A stretch of 62,915 bases of DNA, filler included, from Octopus bimaculoides (Eukaryota): NCBI RefSeq assembly GCF_001194135.2. It is 7 parts of 7 records of this genome, joined end to end, with 100 filler letters (N's around TTAATTAATTAA, not from the genome) between each part and the next. Parts side by side here need not be neighbours in the genome. Positions count along the whole stretch, not along the records: positions 24,606 to 28,942 come from NC_068994.1; positions 29,043 to 35,000 come from NC_068982.1; positions 35,101 to 46,217 come from NW_026385773.1; 4 more parts are not named here. One strand, written 5' to 3'. The notes under the pieces are model-generated. The model was not told the DNA's origin. It worked only from the letters and a program-made list of their open reading frames with translations, and did not search any database. Positions 24,791 to 38,900 of this stretch are shown here, in pieces. The translations under genes were made by a program, and so were the position numbers. The stretch's first letter is position 1. Each line of letters opens with the position of its first letter.

Positions 24791-26220
24791 ACACACACAC
24801 ATATATCTAAAGCACGATTTATTCGTATATATATATACTGAGAGAGAGAGAGAAAGGGAGAGAGAGATTAATAAATAGATAGCACATACATACTCAGTCA
24901 TACAGACCTACACACATGTACGCGCACACACACACACACACACACTTACACACACACACACACACTTACACACACACACACTTACATATCCTTTTATACA
25001 CTCTCAGAGATTATTATGCTCTTTTCGAAGATGTTTATCTAACGGGATCGCTACGGTTGATAAAATCTATGAATATATCGATTTGAAGTAATGCGATTAA
25101 TGACAGCTTATTCGTTAAGAAGGAACCGACTTTAAAAGAGTTATAAAGAAAACAAATATATAAACTAAACTCTCGAAATAACGGCATCTTGAATAATGGA
25201 AATACGCAAGCTAACGGCACTTTTGAAAGCGTTTTACATGTTTTTACTCGACCTCTTTTTCGCATTTTAAACATGCTTGCTCCTTTTCTATTCTAAAAAC
25301 ATATATGGCCAAATTATTGTTCATTTAACATAATAAATAATATGGTCGTTATTTAATTATAATTTACAGTAACTTCATTATTTTGTTTTTACGCATTAAA
25401 AGCATTAAAAACTTTCTAAAGTTTGTACCATACTTTCGTTAATTACTGTGTCATAAAGGTCTATAAAAAAAATGTGATTTGTATAACCTATTCAAAATTG
25501 GCGCTCGTTTCAATATTTGCTGCCCCCACAAACGATCTTCGTGTGAATTAATGTTTGTAACAGAGCCAAAGGCCAAATTATATTGACCAGAGGGAGGCTG
25601 GCTTGCTCATCACCGTCGTATAGGCTTCAGTTCAACAAACCAAGTTGCTACCAGTAATTGGACGTTAAATGGGGCGCCTTAGGCTGATTTCCCTTGCTCT
25701 GGGGAAAATATTTCCGACTTCACGATTTTTCGATAATTAAATACGAATTATGTTATAAAATGGAGAACTGGCTATACTGTATTTTACATTTGGAACAAAT
25801 AAGTCTTTCCTACACGTTCGCTAATTAGATGAACGGCTCTCGTTAGAAAATATGCACACTGCAATATTAAAATGGTTAACAAACTTTCCGTCTGCTTCCT
25901 GAATTGCATATGTAGTCATAGAAAGCCGCTGCGATTTAATTACACATGCACGAACGCACACACTCCTCTGTACACACAAGACCACGCATGCACATTCATT
26001 CGCGCACGATTGCACACATGTAATTCAATATGAACCTCGGATTAATATCCATCAGATATGGACGATAAACCATAGTTCAGAGTTAATGATTAAGTCACAA
26101 AAATAAATACATCGACTGAACACCATGAGACACCACACGCATCCCTGCAGGTGCATAATGGAGCGTTTTCAATGATTTTGCACTTGAGACATGGAACAAC
26201 CCCCACCTCTCTCATTTTCC

Positions 26221-26273
<53 letters not shown>

Positions 26274-26519
26274 CACGCACACACGCGAGCGCGCACACAC
26301 ACATATTACATGTATATGTATTATATATGTATTTTATATATATATGTGTGTTTGTGTATATTTACACCCCTACACACATGCACATACACATATATACATA
26401 GATACATATATATATATATATATACATACACACATATATATACATAGATACATATACATATACACACACACATACACACACACACACACACATATATACA
26501 TACTTATATAAACATAAAC

Positions 26520-26652
26520 ACATACATACGTACATACATACATACATACATACATGCATGCATACATACATACATACATACATACATACGCACGTACGTA
26601 CATACATACATACATACATACATACATACATACATACATACATACATACATA
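26520..26652. repeat. (TACA)n microsatellite
   Basis: Directly visible. Confidence 0.9.
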
Positions 26653-26700
26653 CACTCTGCTCTCTATAGATTTTTAAGCAACACTGTATATTGACAGATG

Positions 26701-28467
26701 TATTGGGTTATCCCATAAATAATGAGGTTTTTTATACTTCTTTTATTTTTCAAAATTAAGATAAATTTCTTTTTTAATCTAAAAATATACTCTCCTTCAT
26801 CTTCTACAATACTCTTCCATCCATCAGGTAGACTTGCAAGGCCCTTTTCCCAAAATTCACTTGTCTGTGACGAAAAATACTTCTCCAGTCCTGTTCTGAC
26901 CTCATCTACAGAATTCATATTTTTTCGTCCAACTTGACACCTTTCTGAGTCATGAACAGGTCTAAGTGGTTTTTGCAGTCTTCCCAAAAAGCATTGAAGT
27001 TCTTCCTATTAAGGGAATAGAATTTTGTAAGGATGGAAATAAATGGTAATCATGTGCAAGATCAGGAGAGTACGGTGGGTGTGGTAAAGCATCTTAGCCA
27101 AGCTGTATCAATTTCTGCCGGGTCTGCAAGGAAGCGCAAGGTCTTGCGTTGCCCTGAAGGAAGACGGTGTCCTTCTGATTGGCCAATTCTGAACGTCTTT
27201 CCTCGCTTGCCTCTTCAATCAGTCTAACTGGGAACAATATTTGTCTGAATTCAACGTTTGATTGTGCAGAGGGAGCTCGTGATACACAACACCCTTCCAA
27301 TCCCAGCAGGTACAATGCATCACCTTCGGATAGCGATCGGTTTTTTTAAAGTGATTAAAAATGGTTCATTTCCTTTACTCCAGGGCCTCTACCGCGTCTC
27401 GTTATTGCAAACAATCCCTTTTTTCATAACCTGTGGTCGTTCTTTTCAAAAAGGGGTCATTTTTGTTGCATTTGAGCAGAGAATCATAAAAGAAATGCGG
27501 TCCATTAAATTTTTATGCGTTAAGTTATCCAAGGCACCCAAGCATCATTGCGATTCACGGTGCCAAGTGTTTTCAAATGTCTTATAACGCTTATATGAGA
27601 TATGTAAGTGGAGGCGCAATGGCCCAGTGGTTAGGGCAGCGGACTCGCGGTCATAGGATCGCGGTTTCGATTCCCAGACCGGGCGTTGTGATTGTTTATT
27701 GAGCGAAAACACCTAAAACTCCATGAGGCTCCGGCAGGGGATGGTGGCGAACCCTGCTGTACTCTTCCACCACAACTTTCTCTCACTCCTTCTTCCTGTT
27801 TCTGTTGTGCCTGTATTTCAAAGGGGCCAGCCTTGTCATACACTGTGTCACGCTGAATATTCCCGAGAACTACGTTAAGGATACACGTGTCTGTGGAGTG
27901 CTCAGCCACTTGCACGTTAATTTCACGAGCAGGCTGTTCCGTTGATCGGATCGACTGGAACCCTCGGAGTCGTAAGCGACGGAGTACCAACAACAACAGA
28001 GATATGTAAAGTATCTCTACGATGTCTCGTGTCGTGTGACCTGGTTTATTTTTGATTAGCGTTTCCATTTGGTTAATCATTACTAACTGGACGCCTACCG
28101 TAACGTCCACAGTCTTCCAGATCAAAATTTTCGCTCCTGAACACGCCGAACGACTTAGCTATGGTACCATCTCCATAAACTGCACAAGTCTTTTTTTTTT
28201 CTGATGTTTGCATTGCATTTTTTCCTTTCCGAAAACAATAGAGCATCAAGTAACGAAAATGTATCCCATTTCCCACCATTTTTACTTTTAATGTAAAAAC
28301 GATAGAAATAAAGCTATCCGCACGATAATCGCATAAAAAGACGTGTTGAATGTCATCTTTCAGAAAATAGACGTACGTCATACGGCTTCTATCATGTGAA
28401 AAGCGAAGTCACGTGTTTAAACACCACCAATTGAAAAACGGTATGACATCCTTTCTCCAATCCGATA
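26701..28467 (-). mobile_element. Mariner (Mos1-like) transposase pseudogene, near full length, interrupted by a SINE, with a chimeric 3' end
   Basis: HFRYLMLYCFRKGKNA (HTH); ISHISVIRHLKTLG across the SINE; FLQGNARPC; ALPHPPYSPDLAHDYHLF; C-terminus GLASLPDGWKSIVEDEGEYI. Many stops and frameshifts. Confidence 0.88.
27608..27998 (+). mobile_element. tRNA-derived SINE, family A (391 bp), with an 11-bp target-site duplication
   Basis: A-box tggcccagtgg, B-box gtttcgattcc and a (CAA)n tail. TSD GAGATATGTAA at 27597-27607 and 27999-28009. A reverse copy lies at 50022-50268. Confidence 0.9.
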
Positions 28468-28942
28468 TAATATTTGGCTATGAACGGGCCTTGTGCCTGG
28501 AGTAGAAAACAATTTTTGGCTTCGTAAAAATGAATATTTCATAAACTAGACAAAGAATGCAATTTCTAAGCGAAATCTATCACAGAGCTCCATAAAACGA
28601 AGTATTTTTGTTTTTAAAATTTCAGTTAATCTACATAACATTATGTTAATTTATATTGCTCTAAATTCTTGCTTAGGATAATGTCATTTAAAAGAGAATT
28701 TTTAAAAAATTGACATTATTCAGGGAAGATTATTAAACCACGAATTGGGTTAATCGATTTTAATTCAGGAGAAATTTCCACCTTCGTATTTTACATATAT
28801 TCTATAACATACAACCACCACCACCACCATTACCACCACCACTACCATCACCACCATCCGCTTCGCCATATCATCCACCACCACCACAACCGCTGTCGCC
28901 ATCACCCCCACCATCCACCGCCGCCATAACCCCACCACCACC

Positions 28943-29042
28943 NNNNNNNNNNNNNNNNNNNNNNNNNNNNNNNNNNNNNNNNNNNNTTAATTAATTAANN
29001 NNNNNNNNNNNNNNNNNNNNNNNNNNNNNNNNNNNNNNNNNN
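28943..29042. other. Artificial scaffold-join spacer 2
   Basis: 44 N + TTAATTAATTAA (28987-28998) + 44 N. Confidence 0.93.
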
Positions 29043-29951
29043 TCATACCACCCAGTGTTATCCTTAATATTATCCTTCATTTCTGAAGACAACAGGAAAT
29101 TTGTTTGTTATTTCTAGCATGTGGAATTACCGTTATTATTCTTGTTGTTATTGTTCTTGTCGTTATTGTTCTTATTGTTGTTGCTGCTGCTGTCGCTATT
29201 GTTACTGTTATCCTTATTGTCGGTTGTATCACTGTTATTGTAGTTACGCTTGTGGTTATTGCAGGTATAGTTTGTTGTTGTATTGTCGTTCGTAGAACAA
29301 GCCACGAAGTAATAGCGAGGTAAAGAAAGCATTAAGTGTTAGGCGGTTGAAGGAAAGGGGAAGGATGAGATAATATTTAAGACGGAGGGGAAGCTGAAGC
29401 GAGAAGAGGTAGAAAAGTGGTCGTAATAAGGAGAGGGAGAAAAGTAGAAGAAGGGGGGAGGAAAGAGAGATATCGAGGGAACGGGGGTTGCATACAGGAG
29501 ATGTCATCAGAGATGACAAGTCATAATTTGTCCTTTTGCACGGCAGCCATGTTACTGATTAAATCGTTCTGATCGCTGTAGAGACACACGCACGCTCTGA
29601 CATACACACGCAAGCATTCAAACTCACACACACACACACGCACTCACATGTACACGCACGCACGCACACATATACAAACTACACGCGCACATGCATGCAT
29701 GCTCAGACACATGCAAGCACATACACACCCAATGTCGTTTGGATAATACCTTGGCGAACTGTAACTGTCACTGCTATACACACAACGCCATTGTCACACC
29801 GAGTAATCGCCATCGACAATATCACAATCGTCAGGCCACCACCAACAATAACCTCACCCCCCCCCCACCGACTGCATGCTACNNNNNNNNNNNNNNNNNN
29901 NNNNNNNNNNNNNNNNNNNNNNNNNNNNNNNNNNNNNNNNNNNNNNNNNNN

Positions 29952-29993
<42 letters not shown>

Positions 29994-30021
29994 CCGTCAC
30001 CGCCACCACTACTACTACTAA

Positions 30022-30079
<58 letters not shown>

Positions 30080-30172
30080 GCCACCGTCACTACCACGATG
30101 ACCACTACTACTATTACTACTACTACTACTTCCACCAGCACAACAACCGCCACCATTACTACTACCACCGTC

Positions 30173-30213
<41 letters not shown>

Positions 30214-30328
30214 GACTACTTCCACCACCACCACCACAACCACCACCTTTACTACTATCACCACCAACACTACTACTATTATTACTACTACTAATAATAA
30301 TAATAATAATGATACTGCTACCGTCACC

Positions 30329-30413
<85 letters not shown>

Positions 30414-30420
30414 GCACCAC
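29952..30420. repeat. Degenerate (CTA/CCA/CTG)n trinucleotide tract
   Basis: Directly visible; source of the poly-T/V ORFs. Confidence 0.9.
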
Positions 30421-30752
30421 AACTAGTAATAAAATAGACCCAATTAGCGAGCCCCTAAAGACATGTAAACTCAAAATCTCCCTGAGACAGACGCAGTCCC
30501 AGTTTTACACCTCAAACACCTAGGATCTAATAGACTTTACTGCATTGATGCGTGGGCGTACAATAACAAATTTAACAGAGAAGGGAGTTTAGATGTCTGG
30601 AGTCTCATTCTTCTCTTGTGATTCTTCACAGCGGATCAGAGCATGTTGTACGGGACTCAGATTCGAGATGAAGATATGATGCAAGAACTAGAAAAACCAT
30701 ATAAGTGAGTATATTGGCGCAAGAGTGGCTGTGTGATAAGAAGCTTGCTTAC

Positions 30753-31089
30753 ACTTTGGGGGAGGCCCTAGGCTACAATGAAAGTCAGTTGGTCAGCCTG
30801 TTTAGGAGAACGTTCGGGCCGGGGTATCTGGAGAATTACCAGAAATCCCTGGCTTGGCAATGTTTCCGAGCGGCGTTACCTGTTCGCGACAAGCTGTCAA
30901 GGCACGGAAGTGCCGTCTCGCCGACATGCCCGAGATGTGAGCAGGATAGGGAAACCGTCTTGCACGCATCTGTGGGCTGTTCGGAGTTGTCGGGACTGAT
31001 AGCCTTTGCAGAACAACTGTTGTCAGTGATAGGAAGAGTACAGCTATCAGCTGAGTCTATCATCGAGACTGTACCACCTCCTTTCCTTA
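30753..31089 (+). mobile_element. L1/Tx1-type LINE fragment (zf-RVT region)
   Basis: YQKSLAWQCFRAALPVRDKLSRHGSAVSPTCPRCEQDRETVLHASVGC fits the W......LP....L......C..C....E...H...C zf-RVT pattern. Runs into a gap. Confidence 0.8.
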
Positions 31090-31664
31090 NNNNNNNNNNN
31101 NNNNNNNNNNNNNNNNNNNNNNNNNNNNNNNNNNNNNNNNNNNNNNNNNNNNNNNNNNNNNNNNNNNNNNNNNNNNNNNNNNNNNNNNNNNNNNNNNNNN
31201 NNNNNNNNNNNNNNNNNNNNNNNNNNNNNNNNNNNNNNNNNNNNNNNNNNNNNNNNNNNNNNNNNNNNNNNNNNNNNNNNNNNNNNNNNNNNNNNNNNNN
31301 NNNNNNNNNNNNNNNNNNNNNNNNNNNNNNNNNNNNNNNNNNNNNNNNNNNNNNNNNNNNNNNNNNNNNNNNNNNNNNNNNNNNNNNNNNNNNNNNNNNN
31401 NNNNNNNNNNNNNNNNNNNNNNNNNNNNNNNNNNNNNNNNNNNNNNNNNNNNNNNNNNNNNNNNNNNNNNNNNNNNNNNNNNNNNNNNNNNNNNNNNNNN
31501 NNNNNNNNNNNNNNNNNNNNNNNNNNNNNNNNNNNNNNNNNNNNNNNNNNNNNNNNNNNNNNNNNNNNNNNNNNNNNNNNNNNNNNNNNNNNNNNNNNNN
31601 NNNNNNNNNNNNNNNNNNNNNNNNNNNNNNNNNNNNNNNNNNNNNNNNNNNNNNNNNNNAAAGT

Positions 31665-31980
31665 AAAAAGTAAAGTTACCTTTTCGAGTCGTACCGACTC
31701 ATAAGGGCCGGTTTCCCGGTTTCATGTCCTATATATTCATGTCCTATATATTCATGTCCTATATATTCATGTCCTATATATTTCATGTCCTATATATTCC
31801 CCACCTGGACAGTATGCCGTGCGTCGCAGGATTACACATGTTTTTGCCAGCTGAGTGGACTGGAACAACGTGAAATAAAGTGTTTTGCTTAAGAACACAA
31901 CGCGTCGCCCGGTCCAGGAATCGAAACCACAATCTTACGATCATGGGTCCAACACCCTAACCACTAAGCCATGCGCCTCT
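31665..31980 (-). mobile_element. SINE family C copy with an internal 15-bp unit (ttcatgtcctatata) repeated five times at 31721-31796
   Basis: Reverse strand begins ggcgcatggcttagtggttagggtgttggacccatgatcgtaagattgtggtttcgattcctggac. The tandem is directly visible. Confidence 0.8.
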
Positions 31981-32486
31981 AGAGTATAGGCAATTGAGGC
32001 GGTGTTAAATTAAAATAGCTATCTACGTATTATATTTAATGTTTATACACTGTCGATAGGCCAGCGCGTCCATAAGAGATATTATCTCGGGACCTATCAG
32101 TTGTGTGTATACATTGAGTATGATACATAGATGGCTATTGAAGGAAATGCATATTTCCATACCATCATATTGCATCATTACCATTTCGGAATATGTCGGA
32201 ATATGTCGGAATATGTCGGAATATGTTGTGTGGGCCTCGGCTGCATGTCGGAATATGTTGTGTGGACCTCAGCTAAACAGAGATACGATTCAACGACTGG
32301 GCAGCTATGTAAGTGATACCGTGTCATTCAGCCAACTATCTAAGTGTCATATATCTTCTCAAACCGAACTCACTTGGGACAAGACGGCAACAGCAACAAC
32401 AACAATTCGTATCAATTTAAATTACTTAGAGGCGCACTAAAGCGCGATGAATGAAAAATAGATGTGTTCAAGCATATTTAACATGA

Positions 32487-33045
32487 TTGCTGAGTTACGT
32501 CATTCATAGCCCAGTTGTTACTACAAGGAGAATGGGTATTTTCTCCCATTTCATCGACCACAACTGCTTAACTTCCCAAGCTAACCTGTCATATTTCTCG
32601 ACTTTTCTTTCTTCCTTATCGTATACCTTGTTGTCAGCTGGGCTTGCTGTATCTATGATCCAGCATAATTTGTTTTCTTTCTCAAGACCATGTCCGGCTT
32701 CCTATTCTTTATTTCATGGTCGCACTGAATCATAAAATCCCACAGGATCTTTGTATTATCATTTTCGATGATGCCTTCAGGTTTGTGGTCGTACCAATTT
32801 TTTGCTGTGTCAAGTCCATACTTGTTGCAAAGAGTCCAATGAGCAAGCCTGGCTATATTGTCGTGGCGTTTCTTATATTCCTTCTGGGCTAGTAGCATAT
32901 ATTGGTTGATAATATGCCATACGGTTTCACCGTTTTGTCCACAGATTCTGCACTTATCACTTTCTGCTGTGTTGTCTATTCTGCATTTTATGTAGTTTGT
33001 TCTTATTGCATGCTCTTGGGCAGCACAGATTAGAGCATCCGTTTC
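32487..33045 (-). mobile_element. Dong/R4-clade LINE 3' fragment (zinc knuckle plus RLE)
   Basis: ETDALICAAQEHAIRTNYIKCRIDNTAESDKCRICGQNGETVWHI, then YKKRHDNIARLAHW and ILWDFMIQCDHEIKNRKPDMVL. Confidence 0.88.
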
Positions 33046-33243
33046 CGGTTAGGCGGTGTGCTGGCAGAATCATTAGCACGCCGGGCGAAATGCTTAGTGG
33101 CATTTCATCTGTCTTTACACTCTGAGTTCAAATTCCGCCGAGGTCGATAAAATGAGTACCAGTCACGTACGTCGGGTCGATGTGTCTACTGGAGAAAGGA
33201 TTATTACTATTATCATAGCCAACATTATCATAACCGTCATCAC

Positions 33244-33302
<59 letters not shown>

Positions 33303-33375
33303 CGAATATCACTCACAATATTGTTATTACCTTAATGACCATCACTACCTCACTTTCGTCATAATCCTCCTCCTC

Positions 33376-33414
<39 letters not shown>

Positions 33415-34553
33415 GTCGTCATCATCGCCTTGACCATAACCACAATCAATAGAAACCACACCTCACCGCCTCTCACCACGTCACAACCCAACCCATACCA
33501 TCTGCCAAACAAGATAAATTGTTTTAGGATCCTAGCCGGTCCCTTTTACTCCCTAATATCTCTTACTACCTTTACTTCATTCAGCACCCACCTCCCACAC
33601 ACACACACTACATATTACTTGCGCCTACCTCAACCTAAAGCCATCGTCGTCATACCCAGNNNNNNNNNNNNNNNNNNNNNNNNNNNNNNNNNNNNNNNNN
33701 NNNNNNNNNNNNNNNNNNNNNNNNNNNNNNNNNNNNNNNNNNNNNNNNNNNNNNNNNNNNNNNNNNNNNNNNNNNNNNNNNNNNNNNNNNNNNNNNNNNN
33801 NNNNNNNNNNNNNNNNNNNNNNNNNNNNNNNNNNNNNNNNNNNNNNNNNNNNNNNNNNNNNNNNNNNNNNNNNNNNNNNNNNNNNNNNNNNNNNNNNNNN
33901 NNNNNNNNNNNNNNNNNNNNNNNNNNNNNNNNNNNNNNNNNNNNNNNNNNNNNNNNNNNNNNNNNNNNNNNNNNNNNNNNNNNNNNNNNNNNNNNNNNNN
34001 NNNNNNNNNNNNNNNNNNNNNNNNNNNNNNNNNNNNNNNNNNNNNNNNNNNNNNNNNNNNNNNNNNNNNNNNNNNNNNNNNNNNNNNNNNNNNNNNNNNN
34101 NNNNNNNNNNNNNNNNNNNNNNNNNNNNNNNNNNNNNNNNNNNNNNNNNNNNNNNNNNNNNNNNNNNNNNNNNNNNNNNNNNNNNNNNNNNNNNNNNNNN
34201 NNNNNNNNNNNNNNNNNNNNNNNNNNNNNNNNNNNNNNNNNNNNNNNNNNNNNNNNNNNNNNNNNNNNNNNNNNNNNNNNNNNNNNNNNNNNNNNNNNNN
34301 NNNNNNNNNNNNNNNNNNNNNNNNNNNNNNNNNNNNNNNNNNNNNNNNNNNNNNNNNNNNNNNNNNNNNNNNNNNNNNNNNNNNNNNNNNNNNNNNNNNN
34401 NNNNNNNNNCTCCTCCACTATTACCACCACCACCACCACCACCACCATCACCACCACCCATCAGTGATTCCTCGTCCCCTAAGAAATGTCATATAATGAA
34501 ATATAGCATTTACTTTTGACCCCTTGTGTTTGGATTGATGATGAGCAGTTTGT

Positions 34554-34585
<32 letters not shown>

Positions 34586-35000
34586 ACATGTATGATGCGT
34601 GTGTGAATGTATACGCGTACATGTACGTGCGTGCGCGTGTGTAGTTATGAGTTTGTGTGTGAATATGTGCACATATGTATTTACATCTTTGTGTGCATAT
34701 GTGTATGTGTATATATATATATATGTGTGTGTGTGTGTTTGTGTGTATGTGTGTGTGTCTGCATGTGTGTCTATGTATGTAAATATATATGAACATGTAT
34801 GTGTATACATATATGTGTACACATATATGTGTGTATGTGTATATACGTTTAAGTGAATGTAAGCAACCTTATTAGTCGAGATTGTTTATATGTGTGTATA
34901 TATGTATATGCGTGCATGTGTATATGTAAGCGTACACATATGCATGTGTGCGTATAAATGGATGTATGGACGTACATGTGCGTTTGTGTGTTAATTAAGT

Positions 35001-35100
35001 NNNNNNNNNNNNNNNNNNNNNNNNNNNNNNNNNNNNNNNNNNNNTTAATTAATTAANNNNNNNNNNNNNNNNNNNNNNNNNNNNNNNNNNNNNNNNNNNN
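35001..35100. other. Artificial scaffold-join spacer 3
   Basis: 44 N + TTAATTAATTAA (35045-35056) + 44 N. Confidence 0.93.
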
Positions 35101-35138
<38 letters not shown>

Positions 35139-35689
35139 TACACTCACACGTATACACGATCAATGCCACATGTATACACGCACGCACACACACTCGCGTA
35201 CTCACACAAACACTCACAGACCCCCGAACCGAACAATCAAATGGTTAACGACGTCAGTAATGGCTGCAATTAATAAACACCTAATGAATCCCTAAAACTA
35301 AAGAGTTCCTCATTGGCAGATTGGATGTGTGTGATGACGGCTCGTTCACTCCGCCGTTTTATGAGTCCCTTAAGACACACGGACAGACAGACAGTCAAAC
35401 AGACAGTCGGGCAATCAGGCGGACGTACAGACAGATACACAGACTCTCATGCACAGACAGACGGACTCGTACACACGCACACACACACACACACGCATAT
35501 ACATACACACATGCATGTACATACACACACACAAACACACACACTACCATATGGACAGACACACAAATGCACACATACACTCACCGTCGGACAGACTTAC
35601 ACATACATACACAGAAAGCCAGGCGCACACAGAACGTACATGCACATACACACACAGACACATACATACATACACACACACGTACATAG

Positions 35690-35772
<83 letters not shown>

Positions 35773-35939
35773 ACAAGCACACATACGAACAGAAGGCATA
35801 CATATAGGTGCAGGAGTGGCTGTGCGGTAAGTAGCTTGCTAACCAGCCACATGGTTCTGGGTTCATCCCCACTGAACTCATCCATGAAAATCCCCAGTCA
35901 TATATCCCTAATATTATAATAATAATAATAATAATAATA

Positions 35940-35975
<36 letters not shown>

Positions 35976-38900
35976 TATATGTATATATATNNNNNNNNNN
36001 NNNNNNNNNNNNNNNNNNNNNNNNNNNNNNNNNNNNNNNNNNNNNNNNNNNNNNNNNNNNNNNNNNNNNNNNNNNNNNNNNNNNNNNNNNNNNNNNNNNN
36101 NNNNNNNNNNNNNNNNNNNNNNNNNNNNNNNNNNNNNNNNNNNNNNNNNNNNNNNNNNNNNNNNNNNNNNNNNNNNNNNNNNNNNNNNNNNNNNNNNNNN
36201 NNNNNNNNNNNNNNNNNNNNNNNNNNNNNNNNNNNNNNNNNNNNNNNNNNNNNNNNNNNNNNNNNNNNNNNNNNNNNNNNNNNNNNNNNNNNNNNNNNNN
36301 NNNNNNNNNNNNNNNNNNNNNNNNNNNNNNNNNNNNNNNNNNNNNNNNNNNNNNNNNNNNNNNNNNNNNNNNNNNNNNNNNNNNNNNNNNNNNNNNNNNN
36401 NNNNNNNNNNNNNNNNNNNNNNNNNNNNNNNNNNNNNNNNNNNNNNNNNNNNNNNNNNNNNNNNNNNNNNNNNNNNNNNNNNNNNNNNNNNNNNNNNNNN
36501 NNNNNNNNNNNNNNNNNNNNNNNNNNNNNNNNNNNNNNNNNNNNNNNNNNNNNNNNNNNNNNNNNNNNNNNNNNNNNNNNNNNNNNNNNNNNNNNNNNNN
36601 NNNNNNNNNNNNNNNNNNNNNNNNNNNNNNNNNNNNNNNNNNNNNNNNNNNNNNNNNNNNNNNNNNNNNNNNNNNNNNNNNNNNNNNNNNNNNNNNNNNN
36701 NNNNNNNNNNNNNNNNNNNNNNNNNNNNNNNNNNNNNNNNNNNNNNNNNNNNNNNNNNNNNNNNNNNNNNNNNNNNNNNNNNNNNNNNNNNNNNNNNNNN
36801 NNNNNNNNNNNNNNNNNNNNNNNNNNNNNNNNNNNNNNNNNNNNNNNNNNNNNNNNNNNNNNNNNNNNNNNNNNNNNNNNNNNNNNGGGGGGGCACTCGT
36901 TAAGGGATGCGAGACGAAAGGAGACGTTACGAAGCGAGACATGACACAACGGCGATAGTTTGTACGAGAGATTAGGTATTCATGATAGCATTTGGTCGCT
37001 TAATTATTTATCTATTCGGTTTAATTAATTAATCATTTATAAAAGTCGAGGGAAAGGGGTGTTGTTTTAGGGGATGTTTGTAAGGGGGGTTTATGGGGTG
37101 TTTGTTAGGTGAGTCGGCTACGAGAGAGAGAGAGAGTGGGAGAGAGACAGATTGACTGAAAGAGACAGACAGATAGAGAAAGACAGAGAGAGACAGACAG
37201 ACAGACAGACAGACTGAAAGAGACAGTCAGACAGACAGACAGACAGAGAAAGACAGAGAGAGAGGCAGACAGACTGAAAGAGACAAACAGACAGACTGAG
37301 AGGGTGGGAGACAGAGAGAAAAAGTAAATGGGAGAAGAAGCAGAGAGAGGGTGAGTGAATGAGTGAGTAAGCGGGAGTGGGTGAGAGAGAGAGAAAACGA
37401 GAGAGAGAGAGAGAGAGAGGGGAAGTGAGGGAGAGTGAGTGAGTGAATGAGAAAGATAAAGAGAACGAGAGCGAGAAAGACTAACGAAAGGAACCACTAT
37501 GTTAGGGGCTTCCAATATTTTCCCTCCAACTAAGAGAAATCTGCAGCTATTCTATCTAGATTACAAGCTCATTATTGGGGCCCTGGGATATGTAACCCAC
37601 TGCCTAAATACCAATTTTGAGAAATTAGGCTTCTCAAAACCAGAAAGGAGAAAGCTGATTCGGAGACTCCAGATCTAATCCATCGCTGGAACTGTAAAAA
37701 TCTGTAAAACTTTCCAGAAGTTTATCATTTAAATATATATGAGCATGTTTAGATATGTAACTATATGCATGAGAATACATACATAAAGCAAAACATGCAA
37801 ACATACATACATACAAACAAAAATACCCTGTTGTTGATGTTGAAATTCCAATGATGGAGCCTTAGAAACCAGCTCTTTCTCTATAGGCAAGNNNNNNNNN
37901 NNNNNNNNNNNNNNNNNNNNNNNNNNNNNNNNNNNNNNNNNNNNNNNNNNNNNNNNNNNNNNNNNNNNNNNNNNNNNNNNNNNNNNNNNNNNNNNNNNNN
38001 NNNNNNNNNNNNNNNNNNNNNNNNNNNNNNNNNNNNNNNNNNNNNNNNNNNNNNNNNNNNNNNNNNNNNNNNNNNNNNNNNNNNNNNNNNNNNNNNNNNN
38101 NNNNNNNNNNNNNNNNNNNNNNNNNNNNNNNNNNNNNNNNNNNNNNNNNNNNNNNNNNNNNNNNNNNNNNNNNNNNNNNNNNNNNNNNNNNNNNNNNNNN
38201 NNNNNNNNNNNNNNNNNNNNNNNNNNNNNNNNNNNNNNNNNNNNNNNNNNNNNNNNNNNNNNNNNNNNNNNNNNNNNNNNNNNNNNNNNNNNNNNNNNNN
38301 NNNNNNNNNNNNNNNNNNNNNNNNNNNNNNNNNNNNNNNNNNNNNNNNNNNNNNNNNNNNNNNNNNNNNNNNNNNNNNNNNNNNNNNNNNNNNNNNNNNN
38401 NNNNNNTCAAGCCATCAATGGAACTGTAAAGATATGTAAAACTTTCCAAAAATTTAGCACATAAATACATATGCATGCATCTAGACATAAAAACGCATCC
38501 ATAAAACAAACATACAAATCTGCGCATACACTAACACCAAATACTGCACACACACACACACACACACACATATGCACAAATACCTAGATGATGTTGATAA
38601 AAGTTCCAATGAAGGAGCCTTGAATCTACGTTAGGTTCCGGCTCTTTCTCTATGGACAAGAAATACAGAAATGAAACTGATTGATAACATACATACATAC
38701 ATGCCCTGTTGTTGGTGTCGAAATTCCAATCAAAACTCAAAGAAAATTCGTACCCGTATACAAATGTACATACATGCATATATACATACATACATGCATG
38801 CATGCATACATACATTACGATGGCTGTTTACTTGTGACCAAGGAAAACTGCCACTACACATTCGGAATATTCCTCACTCAGACATCACCGCCACCACAAC

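Noticed and set aside
27608-27690. tRNA-like sequence with A and B boxes
   Set aside because: It continues into a 391-bp body with a (CAA)n tail and TSD, so it is a SINE head rather than a tRNA gene.
37021-37032. TTAATTAATTAA without flanking N
   Set aside because: A single occurrence in AT-rich sequence, compatible with chance. It is not a spacer and not evidence that the linker motif is biological.
37095-37115. gtgagt donor-like site as the end of a PRDM14 first exon
   Set aside because: No supporting ORF or promoter evidence, and the upstream sequence is a gap.
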